A DNA stretch of 64,000 nucleotides from Haplodiscus bocki (lineage: Eukaryota), in the NCBI GenBank assembly GCA_965655095.1, contig OZ296653.1:71734001-71798000 (forward strand). The letters run 5' to 3'. Positions 43,701 through 58,700 of the stretch are shown here, piece by piece. Within the stretch, counting starts at the first letter, position 1. Each line of letters begins with the position of its first letter. Under the pieces are notes generated by a model. The model was not told the DNA's origin. It was given only the letters and a program-made list of their open reading frames with translations, and did not search any database. A program made the translations under genes and the position numbers.

Positions 43701-46700
43701 CTTGCATGGAAAACCACAAGGGCCGCAAAAGTGTAAGATTTCAATTTGTAATGATTTTTTGTGGTACAGAGTCACTTTTGACCTAAAATATCGATTGATT
43801 GTCTGCCGTCCTTATCTCAACCGAAACTCTCAGTACTGGAAGGTCTTTCAATATCAATATCTCCTGCTCTTTCCCTGCGTCGGAAAATCGACGAACTGTA
43901 AATGAAATTAGTGATTAACTGTTTTATATTCAAAAGCTCCTGCAAATGTACAGTTTGCTTTGTGTCCTTATTTTCGGTAAACACCCTTATACTTGCAAAA
44001 GATTTGTCTCTATGTATTATCTTCTGTTTTGTTTCTTATATGGGAAGCCTTGGGTCAAACGTTTTCAAAAGTGAAACTAGTAAATATTTCGGTCGATGCT
44101 CACTTTCAATCTAAGAATCCATCGGTGTCGCGTTTTTTCTTTAAATTTCGAGTGACAGAGTTTTACTACCTGAACGTTGTCAACCTTGACAGGTTAGTTT
44201 TCGGTCGTGGCATCTATTTAAGATTGACCGATCAAGCTACAAGTTTTGATTTTCAGTGTTTTTTCTCGCAATCCAAAATCACTTTCCGAACTTAACAATT
44301 ATATTTGTTGCATCAAGGTCTGCAAGAAAACTTGTCCTCTTGGAGAGCCTGTGTTCTATCAAAGTTTTTGGTTTTCTGCCTTGCTTCAGAGACCCTACAA
44401 TGCAAAAAGGCCTCCAAGTGAAAACATTTTTTTGATTTTCAAGCGCATCCTCCAAAAGTAACGGTTGGAATTGTTCGATCAAAAAGACAAAATAAAAATT
44501 GCTACTTCCAGCACGGCTGTCCCTTTCAATGCTTTGCTCCTTGCATTTCTGAACATGTGCCTCAAATGAAGATTATTTTGTTTTATTTCCTTTCGTTCCA
44601 CTAACTCACATTCTGACTGAACTTCCGGTTGATTTTGAGCCGTCTAAGACTCACCGAAACTTGATCGCTTGTAGGATTTCTATCAGTATCAATATTTTCC
44701 TCAGTTTTCTGTATCGGAAACTTGATGTGCCGAAAAAATGAGTTATTTTTTCTCCGATTTTTAAACAAGTTCCTGCATAGGTACCGGTGGAATTTCTCCC
44801 ATTAAGATTTGAATCATCGGGTATATGCTGGCGAAATTTTTCTCACTGAATGTTTTTCTGGGTTTTCTTCTTTCTATCGAAAAGCTTCAGTGGCACTTCA
44901 CAAAACTGTGCAATAATTATCTTTCGTCGTTACTTAATTTCGATTTCCTTCAAAGCCAAGTTCGTCGCTTTCTTTGGTCAAGGTCTCAAGTGACAGATTT
45001 CTAACGGCTGAAATCTTTCAACACGGGCATTCAGGGTTCAGGTTGTGGCCTCCGAAACCTGATTGGTGAAGAAAAGCTATGAGTTCGACTATCGAATGAA
45101 TTTTCTTGACATTGAGACTCTTTCTCATCGAAGCAGACATTTAGATATCTTACATCAGGGTGTCAAACGATATTTGTTGACTCGTAGACCCTTCTTTCGA
45201 TAATTTCATTCTTATGCCTTGAACCGAAATCCTCAGTAGCTGAGATGGCCGACGCTGGAAAAAAACCGATTTCCTCCACAACTAACGGTTGAATCTTATC
45301 GATCAAAGTGATAATAGACAAATAGCTTCTCTCAGCAAGTTTTTCCAGTTGAATGTTTTGGTTCTTGCATGGAAAACCACAAGGGCCGCAAAAGTGTAAG
45401 ATTTCAATTTGTAATGATTTTTTGTGGTACAGAGTCACTTTTGACGTAAAATATCGATTGATTGTCTGCCGTCCTTATCTCAACCGAAACTCTCAGTACT
45501 GGAAGGTCTTTCAATATCATTATCTCCTGCTCTTTCTCTGCGTCGGAAAATTGACGAACCGTAAATGAAATTAGTGATGATTTGTTTTATATTCAAAAGC
45601 TCCTGCAAATGTACAGTTTGCTTTGTGTCCTTATTTTCGATAAACACCCTTATACTTGCAAAAGATTTGTCTCTATGTATCATCTTCTGTTTTGTTTCTT
45701 ATATGGGAAAACTTGGGTCAAACTTTTTCAAAAGTGAAACTAGTAAATATTTCGGTCGATGCTCACTTTCAATCTAAGACTCCATCGGTGTCGCGTTTTT
45801 TCTTTAAATTTCGAGTGACAGAGTTTTACTACCTGAACGTTGTCAACTTTGACAGGTTAGTTTTCGGTCGCGGAATCATTTTAACATTGACCGATCAAGC
45901 CACAAGTTTTGATTTTCAGTGTTTTTTCTCGCAATATAAAATCACTTTCCAAACTTAACAATTATATTTGTTGCATCAAGGTCTGCAAGAAAACTTGTCC
46001 TCTTGGAGAGCCTGTGTTCTATCAAAGTTTTTGGTTTTCTGCCTTGCTTCAGAGACCTTACAATGTAAAAAGGCCTCCAAGTGAAAACATTTGTTTGATT
46101 TCCAAGCGCATCCTCCAAAAGTAACGGTTGGAATTGTTCGATCAAAAAGACAAAATAAAAATTGCTACTTCCAGCACGGCTGTCCCTTTCAATGCTTTGC
46201 TCCTTGCATTTCTGAACATGTGCCTCAAATGCAGAATATTTTGTTTTATTTCCTTTCGTTCCACTAACTCACATTCCGACTGAATTACCGGTTGATTTTC
46301 AGCCGACTAAGACTCACCGAAACTTGACCGCTTGTAGGATTTCTACCAGTATCAATAATTCCCTCAGTTTTTTGTATCGGAAACTTGATGTGCCGAAAAA
46401 ATGAGTTATTCTTTCTGCGATTTTTAAACATGTTCCTGCATAGGTACCGGTGGAATTTCTCCCATTAAGATTTGAATCATCCGGTATATGCTGGCGAAAT
46501 TTTTCTCACTGAATATTTTTCTGGGTTTTCTTCTTTCTATCGGAAAGCTTCAGTGGCACTTCACAAAACTGTGCAATACTTATTTTTCGTCGTTAACTGA
46601 ATTTCGATTTCCTCCAAAGCCAAGTTCGTCGCTTTCTTTGGTCAAGGTCTCAAGTGACAGATTTCTAACGGCTGAAATCTTTCAACACGGGCATTCAGGG

Positions 46701-49700
46701 TTCAGGTTGTGGCCTCCGAAACCTGATTGGTGAAGAAAAGCTATGAGTTCGACTATCGAATGAATTTTCTTGACATTGAGACTCTTTCTCATCGAAGCAG
46801 ACATTTAGATATCTTACATCAGGGTGTCAAACGATACTTGTTGACTCGTAGACCCTTCTTTCGATAATTTCATTCTTATGCCTTGAACCGAAATCCTCAG
46901 TAGCTGAGATGGCCGATGCTGGAAAAAAACCGATTTCCTCCACAACTAACGGTTGAATCTTCTCGATCAAAATGATAATAGACAAATAACTTCTCTCAGC
47001 AAGTTTTTCCAGTTGAATGTTTTGGTCCTTGCATGGAAAACCACAAGGGCCGCAAAAGGTAAGATTTCAATTTGTAATGCTTTTTTTGTGGTACAGAGTC
47101 ACTTTTGACCTAAAATATCGATTGATTGTCTGCCGTCCTTATCTCAACCGAAACTCTCATTACTGGAAGGTCTTTCAATATCAATATCTCCTGCTCTTTC
47201 TCTGCGTCGGAAAATTCACGAACCGTAAATGAAATTAGTGATGATTTGTTTTATAATCAAAAGCTCCTGCAAATGTAGTTTGCTTTGTGTCCTTAACTTT
47301 TCGATAATCACCCTTATACTTGCAAAAGATTTGTCTCTATGTAATATCTTCTGTTTTGTTTCTTATATGGGAAAATTTGGGTCAAACTTTTTAAAAAGTG
47401 AAACTAGTTTTTATTTCGGTCGATGCTCACTTTCAATCTAAGAATCCATCGGTGTCGCGTTTTTTTCAAAAAAATTTCGAGTGACAAGAGTTTTACTACA
47501 TGAACGTTTTCAGCCTTGACAGGTTAGTTTTTGGTCGTGGCATCTATATAAGATTGACTGATCAAGCCACAAGTTTTGATTTTCAGGGTTTTTTCTCGCA
47601 ATCCAAAATCACTTTCTACATTTAACTATTAGATTTGTTGCATCATGGTCTGCAAGAAAACTTGTCCTCTTGGAGAGCCTTTGTTCTATCAAAGTTTTTG
47701 GTTTTATGCCTTGCTTTAGAGACCTTACAATGTAAAAAGACCTCCGAGTGAAAACCTTTCCTTGATTTTCAAGCGCATCCTCCAAAAGTAACGGTTGGAA
47801 TTGTTCGATCAAAGTGACAGAAAAATAATTGCTACTTCCAGCACGGCTGTCCCTTTCGATGCTTTGCACCTTGCATTCCGAACATGTGCCTCAAATGCAG
47901 AACATTTTGTTTTATTATTGCCTTTCGTTTTACTAACTCACATTCTGACTGAATTTCCGGTTGATTTTCAGCCGTCTAAGATTCATCGAAACTTGATCGC
48001 TTGTAGGAATTCTATCAGTACCAACGTTTTCCTCAGTTTTCTGTATCGGAAACTTGATGTGCCGAAAAAATGAGTTATTCTTTCTTCGATTTTTGAACAA
48101 GTTCCTGCATAGGTACCGGTGGCATTTCCCCCAATAAGATTTGAATCATCGGGTATATTTTGGCGAAATTTTTCTCAGTGAATGTTTTTCTGGGTTTTCT
48201 TCTTTCTATCGGAAAGCTTCAGTGGCACTTCACAAAACTGTGCAATAATTATTTTTCGTCGTTACTGAATTTCGATTTCCTCCTAAGCCAAGGTCGTCGC
48301 CTTTTTTGGTCGAGGTCTCAAGTGACAGATTTATAACGGCTGAAATTTTTCAACACGGACATTCTGGGTTCAGGTTGTGGCCTCCGAAACCTGATTGGCG
48401 AAGAAAAGCTATGAATTCGACTATCAAATGAATTTTCTTGACATTGAAACTGTTTCTCGTCGAAGCAGACATTTGGATATCTTACAGCAGGGTGTCAAAC
48501 GATATTTGTTGACTCATAGACCGTTCTTTCGATATTTTCATTCTTATGTTTTGAACCGAAATCCTCAGTAGCTGAGATGGCCGACGCTGGAAAAAGAACC
48601 CGATTTCCTCCACAATTAACGGTTGAATCTTCTCGATCAAAGTGAGAATAGACAAATAGCTTCTCTCAGCAAGTTTTTCCAGTTCAATGTTTTGTTCCTT
48701 GCATGGAAAACCACAAGGGCTGCAAAAGTGTAATATTTCAATTTTTAATGCTTTTGTTTGTGGTAAAGAGTCACTTTTGACCTAAAATATCGATTGATTG
48801 TATGCCGTCCCTATCTCAACCGAAACTCTCAGTACTGGAAGGTCTTTCAATATCAATATCTCCTGCTCTTTCTCTGCGTCGGAAAATTGACGAACCGTAA
48901 ATGATATTAGTGATGAATTGTTTTATATTCAAAAGCTCCTGCAAATGTAGTTTGCTTTGTCTCCCTAACTTTTCAATAAACACCCTTATACTTGCAAAAG
49001 AATTGTCTCTATGTATTATCTTCTGTTTTGTTCCTTTTATGGGAAACCTTGGGTCAAACTTTTTCAAAAGTGAAACTAGTAATTATTTCGGTCGATGCTC
49101 TTTTTCAATCTAAGAATCCATCGGTGTCGCGTTTTTTTTCAAAAAAATTTCGAGTGACATAGTTTTACTACATGAACGTTTTCAGCCTTGACAGGTTAGT
49201 TTTTGGTCGTGGCATCTATATAAGATTGACTGATCAAGCCACAAGTTTTGATTTTCAGTGTTTTTCCTCGCAATCCAAAATCACTTTCCACAATTAACTA
49301 TTAGATTTGTTGCATCATGGTCTGCAAGAAAACTTGTCCTCTTGGAGAGCCTTTGTTCTATCAAAGTTTTTGGTTTTATGCCTTGCTTTAGAGACCTTAC
49401 AATGTAAAAAGGCCTCCAAGTGAAAACCTTTCTTTGATTTTCAAGCGCACCCTCCAAAAGTAACGGTTGGAATTGTTCGATCAAAGTGACAGAAAAATAA
49501 TTGCTACTTCCAGCACGGCTGTCCCTTTCGATGCTTTGCACCTTGCATTCCGAACATGTGCCTCAAATGCAGAACATTTTGTTTTATTATTGCCTTTCGT
49601 TTTACTAACCCACATTCTGACTGAATTTCCGGTTGATTTTCAGCTGTCTAAGATTCACCGAAACTTGATCGCTTGTAGGAATTCTATCAGTACCAACGTT

Positions 49701-52700
49701 TTCCTCAGTTTTCTGTATCGGAAACTTGATGTGCCGAAAAAATGAGTTATTCTTTCTTCGATTTTTGAACAAGTTCCTGCATAGGTACCGGTGGCATTTC
49801 CCCCAATAAGATTTGAATCATCGGGTATATTTTGGCGAAATTTTTCTCAGTGAATGTTTTTCTGGGTTTTCTTCTTTCTATCGGAAAGCTTCAGTGGCAC
49901 TTCACAAAACTGTGCAATAATTATTTTTCGTCGTTACTGAATTTCGATTTCCTCCTAAGCCAAGGTCGTCGCCTTTTTTGGTCGAGGTCTCAAGTGACAG
50001 ATTTATAACGGCTGAAATTTTTCAACACGGACATTCTGGGTTCAGGTTGTGGCCTCCGAAACCTGATTGGCGAAGAAAAGCTATGAATTCGACTATCAAA
50101 TGAATTTTCTTGACATTGAAACTCTTTCTCGTCGAAGCAGACATTTGGATATCTTACAGCAGGGTGTCAAACGATATTTGTTGACTCATAGACCGTTCTT
50201 TCGATATTTTCATTCTTATGTTTTGAACCGAAATCCTCAGTAGCTGAGATGGCCGACGCTGGAAAAAGAACCCGATTTCCTCCACAATTAACGGTTGAAT
50301 CTTCTCGATCAAAGTGAGAATAGACAAATAGCTTCTCTCAGCAAGTTTTTCCAGTTCAATGTTTTGGTCCTTGCATGGAAAACCACAAGGGCCGCAAAAA
50401 AGTGAGATTTCAATTCGTATTACTTTTTTTGTGCTACAGAGTCACTTTTGACCTAAAATATCGATTGATTGTCTGCCGTCCTTATCTCAACCGAAACTCT
50501 CAGTACTGGAAGGTCTTTCAATATCATTATCTCCTGCTCTTTCTCTGCGTCGGAAAATTGACGAACCGTAAATGATATTAGTGATGAATTGTTTTATATT
50601 CAAAAGCTCCTGCAAATGTAGTTTGCTTTGTCTCCCTAACTTTTCAATAAACACCCTTATACTTGCAAAAGAATTGTCTCTATGTATTATCTTCTGTTTT
50701 GTTCCTTTTATGGGAAACCTTGGGTCAAACTTTTTCAAAAGTGAAACTAGTAATTATTTCGGTCGATGCTCTTTTTCAATCTAAGAATCCATCGGTGTCG
50801 CGTTTTTTTTCAAAAAAATTTCGAGTGACATAGTTTTACTACATGAACGTTTTCAGCCTTGACAGGTTAGTTTTTGGTCGTGGCATCTATATAAGATTGA
50901 CTGATCAAGCCACAAGTTTTGATTTTCAGTGTTTTTCCTCGCAATCCAAAATCACTTTCCACAATTAACTATTAGATTTGTTGCATCATGGTCTGCAAGA
51001 AAACTTGTCCTCTTGGAGAGCCTTTGTTCTATCAAAGTTTTTGGTTTTATGCCTTGCTTTAGAGACCTTACAATGTAAAAAGGCCTCCAAGTGAAAACCT
51101 TTCTTTGATTTTCAAGCGCACCCTCCAAAAGTAACGGTTGGAATTGTTCGATCAAAGTGACAGAAAAATAATTGCTACTTCCAGCACGGCTGTCCCTTTC
51201 GATGCTTTGCACCTTGCATTCCGAACATGTGCCTCAAATGCAGAACATTTTGTTTTATTATTGCCTTTCGTTTTACTAACCCACATTCTGACTGAATTTC
51301 CGGTTGATTTTCAGCTGTCTAAGATTCACCGAAACTTGATCGCTTGTAGGAATTCTATCAGTACCAACGTTTTCCTCAGTTTTCTGTATCGGAAACTTGA
51401 TGTGCCGAAAAAATGAGTTATTCTTTCTTCGATTTTTGAACAAGTTCCTGCATAGGTACCGGTGGCATTTCCCCCAATAAGATTTGAATCATCGGGTATA
51501 TTTTGGCGAAATTTTTCTCAGTGAATGTTTTTCTGGGTTTTCTTCTTTCTATCGGAAAGCTTCAGTGGCACTTCACAAAACTGTGCAATAATTATTTTTC
51601 GTCGTTACTGAATTTCGATTTCCTCCTAAGCCAAGGTCGCCGCTTTCTTTGGTCGAGATCTCCGGTGACAGATTTCTAACGGCTGAAATTTTTCAACACG
51701 AACATTCTGGGTTCAAGTTGTGGCCTCCGAAACCTTATTGGCGAAGAAAAGCTATGAATTCGACTATCAAATGAATTTTCTTGACATTGAAACTCTTTCT
51801 CGTCGAAGCAGACATTTGGATATCTTACACCAGGGTGTCAAACGATATTTGTTGACTCGTAGACCGTTCTTTCGATATTTTCATTCTTATGCCTTGAACC
51901 GAAATCCTCAGTAGCTGAGATGGCCGACGCTGGAAAAAGAACCCGATTTCCTCCACAATTAACGGTTGAATCTTCTCGATCAAAGTGAGAATAGACAAAT
52001 AGCTTCTCTCAGCAAGTTTTTCCAGTTCAATGTTTTGGTCCTTGCATGGAAAACCACAAGGGCCGCAAAAGTGTAATATTTCAATTTTTAATGCTTTTTT
52101 TTGTGGTACAGAGTCACTTTTGACCTAAAATATCGATTGATTGTATGCCGTCCCTATCTCAACCGAAACTCTCAGTACTGGAACGTCTTTCAATATCAAT
52201 ATCTCCTGCTCTTTCTCTGCGTCGGAAAATTGACGAACCGTAAATGATATTAGTGATGAATTGTTTTATATTCAAAAGCTCCTGCAAATGTAGTTTGCTT
52301 TGTCTCCTTAACTTTTCAATAAACACCCTTATACTTGCAAAAGAATTGTCTCTATGTATTATCTTCTGTTTTGTTCCTTTTATGGGAAACCTTGGGTCAA
52401 AGTTTTTCAAAAGTGAAACTAGTTATTATTTCGGTCGATGCTCACTTTCAATCTAAGAATCCATCGGTGTCGCGTTTTTTTCAAAAAAATTTCGAGTGAC
52501 ATAGTTTTACTACATGAACGTTTTCAGCCTTGACAGGTTAGTTTTTGGTCGTGGCATCTATATAAGATTGACTGATCAAGCCACAATTTTTGATTTTCAG
52601 TGTTTTTCCTCGCAATCCAAAATCATTTTCCGCAATTAACTATTAGATTTGTTGCATCATGGTCTGCAAGAAAACTTGTCCTCTTGGAGAGCCTTTGTTC

Positions 52701-55700
52701 TATCAAAGTTTTTGGTTTTTATGCCTTGCTTTAGAGAGCTTACAATGTAAAAAGGCCTCCAAGTGAAAACCTTTCTTTGATTTTCAAGCGCATCCTCCAA
52801 AAGTAACGGCTGGAATTGTTCGATCAAAGTGACAGAAAAATAATTGCTACTTCCAGCACGGCTGTCCCTTTCGATGCTTTGCACCTTGCATTCCGAACAT
52901 GTGCCTCAAATGCAGAACATTTTGTTTTATTATTGCCTTTCGTTTTACTAACTCACATTCTGACTGAATTTCCGGTTGATTTTCAGCCGTCTAAGATTCA
53001 CCGAAACTTGATCGCTTGTAGGAATTCTATCAGTACAAACGTTTTCCTCAGTTTTCTGTATCGGAAACTTGATGTGCCGAAAAAATGAGTTATTCTTTCT
53101 TCGATTTTTGAACAAGTTCCTGCATAGGTACCGGTGGCATTTCTCCCATTAAGATTTGAATCATCGGGTATATGATGGCGAAATTTTTCTCACTGAATGT
53201 TTTTCTGGGTTTTCTTCTTTCTATCGGAAAGCTTCAGTGGCACTTCACAAAACTGTGCAATAATTATTTTTCGTCGTTACTGAATTTCGATTTCCTCCTA
53301 AGCCAAGGTCGCCGCTTTCTTTGGTCGAGGTCTCCGGTGACAGATTTCTAACGGCTCAAATTTTTCAACACGAACATTCTGGGTTCAAGTTGTGGCCTCC
53401 GAAACCTTATTGGCGAAGAAAAGCTATGAATTCGACTATCAAATGAATTTTCTTGACATTGAAACTCTTTCTCGTCGAAGCAGACATTTGGATATCTTAC
53501 ACCAGGGTGTCAAACGATATTTGTTGACTCGTAGACCGTTCTTTCGATATTTTCATTCTTATGCCTTGAACCGAAATCCTCAGTAGCTGAGATGGCCGAC
53601 GCTGGAAAAAGAACCCGATTTCCTCCACAATTAACGGTTGAATCTTCTCGATCAAAGTGAGAATAGACAAATAGCTTCTCTCAGCAAGTTTTTCCAGTTC
53701 AATGTTTTGGTCCTTGCATGGAAAACCACAAGGGCCGCAAAAGTGTAATATTTCAATTTTTAATGCTTTTTTTTGTGGTACAGAGTCACTTTTGACCTAA
53801 AATATCGATTGATTGTATGCCGTCCCTATCTCAACCGAAACTCTCAGTATTGGAAGGTCTTTCAATATCAATATCTCCTGCTCTTTCTCTGCGTCGGAAA
53901 ATTGACGAACCGTAAATGATATTAGTGATGAATTGTTTTATATTCAAAAGCTCCTGCAAATGTAGTTTGCTTTGTCTCCTTAACTTTTCAATAAACACCC
54001 TTATACTTGCAAAAGAATTGTTTCTATGTATTATCTTCTGTTTTGTTCCTTTTATGGGAAACCTTGGGTCAAACTTTTTCAAAAGTGAAACTAGTAATTA
54101 TTTCGGTCGATGCTCACTTTCAATCTAAGAATCCATCGGTGTCGCGTTTTTTTCAAAAAAATTTCGAGTGACATAGTTTTACTACATGAACGTTTTCAGC
54201 CTTGACAGGTTAGTTTTTGGTCGTGGCATCTATATAAGATTGACTGATCAAGCCACAATTTTTGATTTTCAGTGTCTTTCCTCGCAATCCAAAATCACTT
54301 TCCACAATTAACTATTAGATTTGTTGCATCATGGTCTGCAAGAAAACTTGTCCTCTTGGAGAGCCTTTGTTCTATCAAAGTTTTTGGTTTTTATGCCTTG
54401 CTTTAGAGAGCTTACAATGTAAAAAGGCCTCCAAGTGAAAACCTTTCTTTGATTTTCAAGCGCATCCTCCAAAAGTAACGGCTAGAATTGTTCGATCAAA
54501 GTGACAGAAAAATAATTGCTACTTCCAGCACGGCTGTCCCTTTCGATGCTTTGGACCTTGCATTCCTTACATGTGCCTCAAATGCAGAACATTTTGTTTT
54601 ATTATTGCCTTCCGTTTTACTAACTCACATTCTGACTGAATTTCCGGTTGATTTTCAGCCGTCTAAGACTCACCGAAACTTGATCGCTTGTAGTAATTCT
54701 ATCAGTACCAACGTTTTCCTCATTTTTCTGTATCGGAAACTTGATGTGCCGAAAAAATGAGTTATTCTTTCTTCGATTTTTGAACAAGTTCCTGCATAGG
54801 TACCGGTGGCATTTCTCCCATTAAGATTTGAATCATCGGGTATATGATGGCGAAATTTTTCTCACTGAATGTTTTTCTGGGTTTTCTTCTTTCTATCGGA
54901 AAGCTTCAGTGGCACTTCACAAAACTGTGCAATAATTATTTTTCGTCGTTACTGAATTTCGATTTCCTCCTAAGCCAAGGTCGCCGCTTTCTTTGGTCGA
55001 GGTCTCCGGTGACAGATTTCTAACGGCTCAAATTTTTCAACACGAACATTCTGGGTTGAGGTTGTGGCCTCCGAAACCTGATTGGCGAAGAAAAGCTATG
55101 AATTCGACTATCAAATGAATTTTCTTGACATTGAAACTCTTTCTCGTCGAAGCAGACATTTGGATATCTTACACCAGTGTGTCAAACGATATTTGTTGAC
55201 TCGTAGACCGTTCTTTCGATATTTTCATTCTTATGCCTTGAACCGAAATCCTCAGTAGCTGAAATGGCCGACGCTGGAAAAAGAACCCGATTTCCTCCAC
55301 AATTAACGGTTGAATCTTCTCGATCAAAGTGAGAATAGACAAATAGCTTCTCTCAGCAAGTTTTTCCAGTTCAATGTTTTGGTCCTTGCATGGAAAACCA
55401 CAAGGGCCGCAAAAGTGTAATATTTCAATTTTTAATGCTTTTTTTGTGGTACAGAGTCACTTTTGACCTAAAATATCGATTGATTGTATGCCGTCCCTAT
55501 CTCAACCGAAACTCTCAGTATTGGAAGGTCTTTCAATATCAATATCTCCTGCTCTTTCTCTGCGTCGGAAAATTGACGAACCGTAAATGATATTAGTGAT
55601 GAATTGTTTTATATTCAAAAGCTCCTGCAAATGTAGTTTGCTTTGTCTCCTTAACTTTTCAATAAACACCCTTATATTTGCAAAAGAATTGTCTCTATGT

Positions 55701-58700
55701 ATTATCTTCTGTTTTGTTCCTTTTATGGGAAACCTTGGGTCAAACTTTTTCAAAAGTGAAACTAGTAATTATTTCGGTCGATGCTCACTTTCAATCTAAG
55801 AATCCATCGGTGTCGCGTTTTTTTCAAAAAAATTTCGAGTGACATAGTTTTACTACATGAACGTTTTCAGCCTTGACAGGTTAGTTTTTGGTCGTGGCAT
55901 CTATATAAGATTGACTGATCAAGCCACAATTTTTGATTTTCAGTGTTTTTCCTCGCAATCCAAAATCACTTTCCACAATTAACTATTAGATTTGTTGCAT
56001 CATGGTCTGCAAGAAAACTTGTCCTCTTGGAGGGCCTTTGTTCTATCAAAGTTTTTGGTTTTTATGCCTTGCTTTAGAGAGCTTACAATGTAAAAAGGCC
56101 TCCAAGTGAAAACCTTTCTTTGATTTTCAAGCGCATCCTCCAAAAGTAACGGCTGGAATTGTTCGATCAAAGTGACAGAAAAATAATTGCTACTTCCAGC
56201 ACGGCTGTCCCTTTCGATGCTTTGCACCTTGCATTCCTTACATGTGCCTCAAATGCAGAACATTTTGTTTTATTATTGCCTTCCGTTTTACTAACTCACA
56301 TTCTGACTGAATTTCCGGTTGATTTTCAGCCGTCTAAGATTCACCGAAACTTGATCGCTTGTAGGAATTCTATCAGTACCAACGTTTTCCTCATTTTTCT
56401 GTATCGGAAACTTGATGTGCCGAAAAAATGAGTTATTCTTTCTTCGATTTTTGAACAAGTTCCTGCATAGGTACCGGTGGCATTTCTCCCATTAAGATTT
56501 GAATCATCGGGTATATGATGGCGAAATTTTTCTCACTGAATGTTTTTCTGGGTTTTCTTCTTTCTATCGGAAAGCTTCAGTGGCACTTCACAAAACTGTG
56601 CAATAATTATTTTTCGTCGTTACTGAATTTCGATTTCCTCCTAAGCCAAGGTCGCCGCTTTCTTTTGTCGAGGTCTCCGGTGACAGATTTCTAACGGCTG
56701 AAATTTTTCAACACGAACATTCTGGGTTCAAGTTGTGGCCTCCGAAACCTTATTGGCGAAGAAAAGCTATGAATTCGACTATCAAATGAATTTTCTTGAC
56801 ATTGAAACTCTTTCTCGTCGAAGCAGACATTTGGATATCTTACACCAGGGTGTCAAACGATATTTGTTGACTCGTAGACCGTTCTTTCGATATTTTCATT
56901 CTTATGCCTTGAACCGAAATCCTCAGTAGCTGAGATGGCCGACGCTGGAAAAAGAACCCGATTTCCTCCACAATTAACGGTTGAATCTTCTCGATCAAAG
57001 TGAGAATAGACAAATAGCTTCTCTCAGCAAGTTTTTCCAGTTCAATGTTTTGGTCCTTGCATGGAAAACCACAAGGGCCGCAAAAGTGTAATATTTCAAT
57101 TTTTAATGCTTTTTTTTGTGGTACAGAGTCACTTTTGACCTAAAATATCGATTGATTGTATGCCGTCCCTATCTCAACCGAAACTCTCAGTACTGGAACG
57201 TCTTTCAATATCAATATCTCCTGCTCTTTCTCTGCGTCGGAAAATTGACGAACCGTAAATGATATTAGTGATGAATTGTTTTATATTCAAAAGCTCCTGC
57301 AAATGTAGTTTGCTTTGTCTCCTTAACCTTTCAATAAACACCCTTATACTTGCAAAAGAATTGTCTCTATGTATTATCTTCTGTTTTGTTCCTTTTATGG
57401 GAAACCTTGGGTCAAACTTTCTCAAAAGTGAAACTAGTAATTATTTCGGTCGATGCTCACTTTCAATCTAAGAATCCATCGGTGTCGCGTTTTTTTCAAA
57501 AAAATTTCGAGTGACATAGTTTTACTACATGAACGTTTTCAGCCTTGACAGGTTAGTTTTTGGTCGTGGCATCTATATAAGATTGACTGATCAAGCCACA
57601 ATTTTTGATTTTCAGTGTTTTTCCTCGCAATCCAAAATCACTTTCCACAATTAACTATTAGATTTGTTGCATCATGGTCTGCAAGAAAACTTGTCCTCTT
57701 GGAGAGCCTTTGTTCTATCAAAGTTTTTGGTTTTTATGCCTTGCTTTAGAGAGCTTACAATGTAAAAAGGCCTCCAAGTGAAAACCTTTCTTTGATTTTC
57801 GAGCGCATCCTCCAAAAGTAACGGCTGGAATTGTTCGATCAAAGTGACAGAAAAATAATTGCTACTTCCAGCACGGCTGTCCCTTTCGATGCTTTGCACC
57901 TTGCATTCCTTACATGCGCCTCAAATGCAGAACATTTTGTTTTATTATTGCCTTCCGTTTTACTAACTCACATTCTGACTGAATTTCCGGTTGATTTTCA
58001 GCCGTCTAAGACTCACCGAAACTTGATCGCTTTTAGGAATTCTATCAGTACCAACGTTTTCCTCAGTTTTCTGTATCGGAAACTTGATGTGCCGAAAAAA
58101 TGAGTTATTCTTTCTTCGATTTTTGAACAAGTTCCTGCATAGGTACCGCTGGCATTTCTCCCAATAAGATTTGAATCATCGGGTATATTTTGGCGAAATT
58201 TTTCTCAGTGAATGTTTTTCTGGGTTTTCTTCTTTCTATCGGAAAGCTTCAGTGGCACTTCACAAAACTGTGCAATAATTATTTTTCGTCGTTACTGAAT
58301 TTCGATTTCCTCCTAAGCCAAGGTCGTCGCCTTTTTTGGTCGAGGTCTCAAGTGACAGATTTATAACGGCTGAAATTTTTCAACACGGACATTCTGGGTT
58401 CAGGTTGTGGCCTCCGAAACCTGATTGGCGAAGAAAAGCTATGAATTCGACTATCAAATGAATTTTCTTGACATTGAAACTCTTTCTCGTCGAAGCAGAC
58501 ATTTGGATATCTTACACCAGGGTGTCAAACGATATTTGTTGACTCGTAGACCGTTCTTTCGATATTTTCATTCTTATGCCTTGAACCGAAATCCTCAGTA
58601 GCTGAGATGGCAGAGGCTGGAAAAAGAACCCGATTTCCTCCACAATTAACGGTTGAATCTTCTCGATCAAAGTGAGAATAGACAAATAGCTTCTCTCAGC

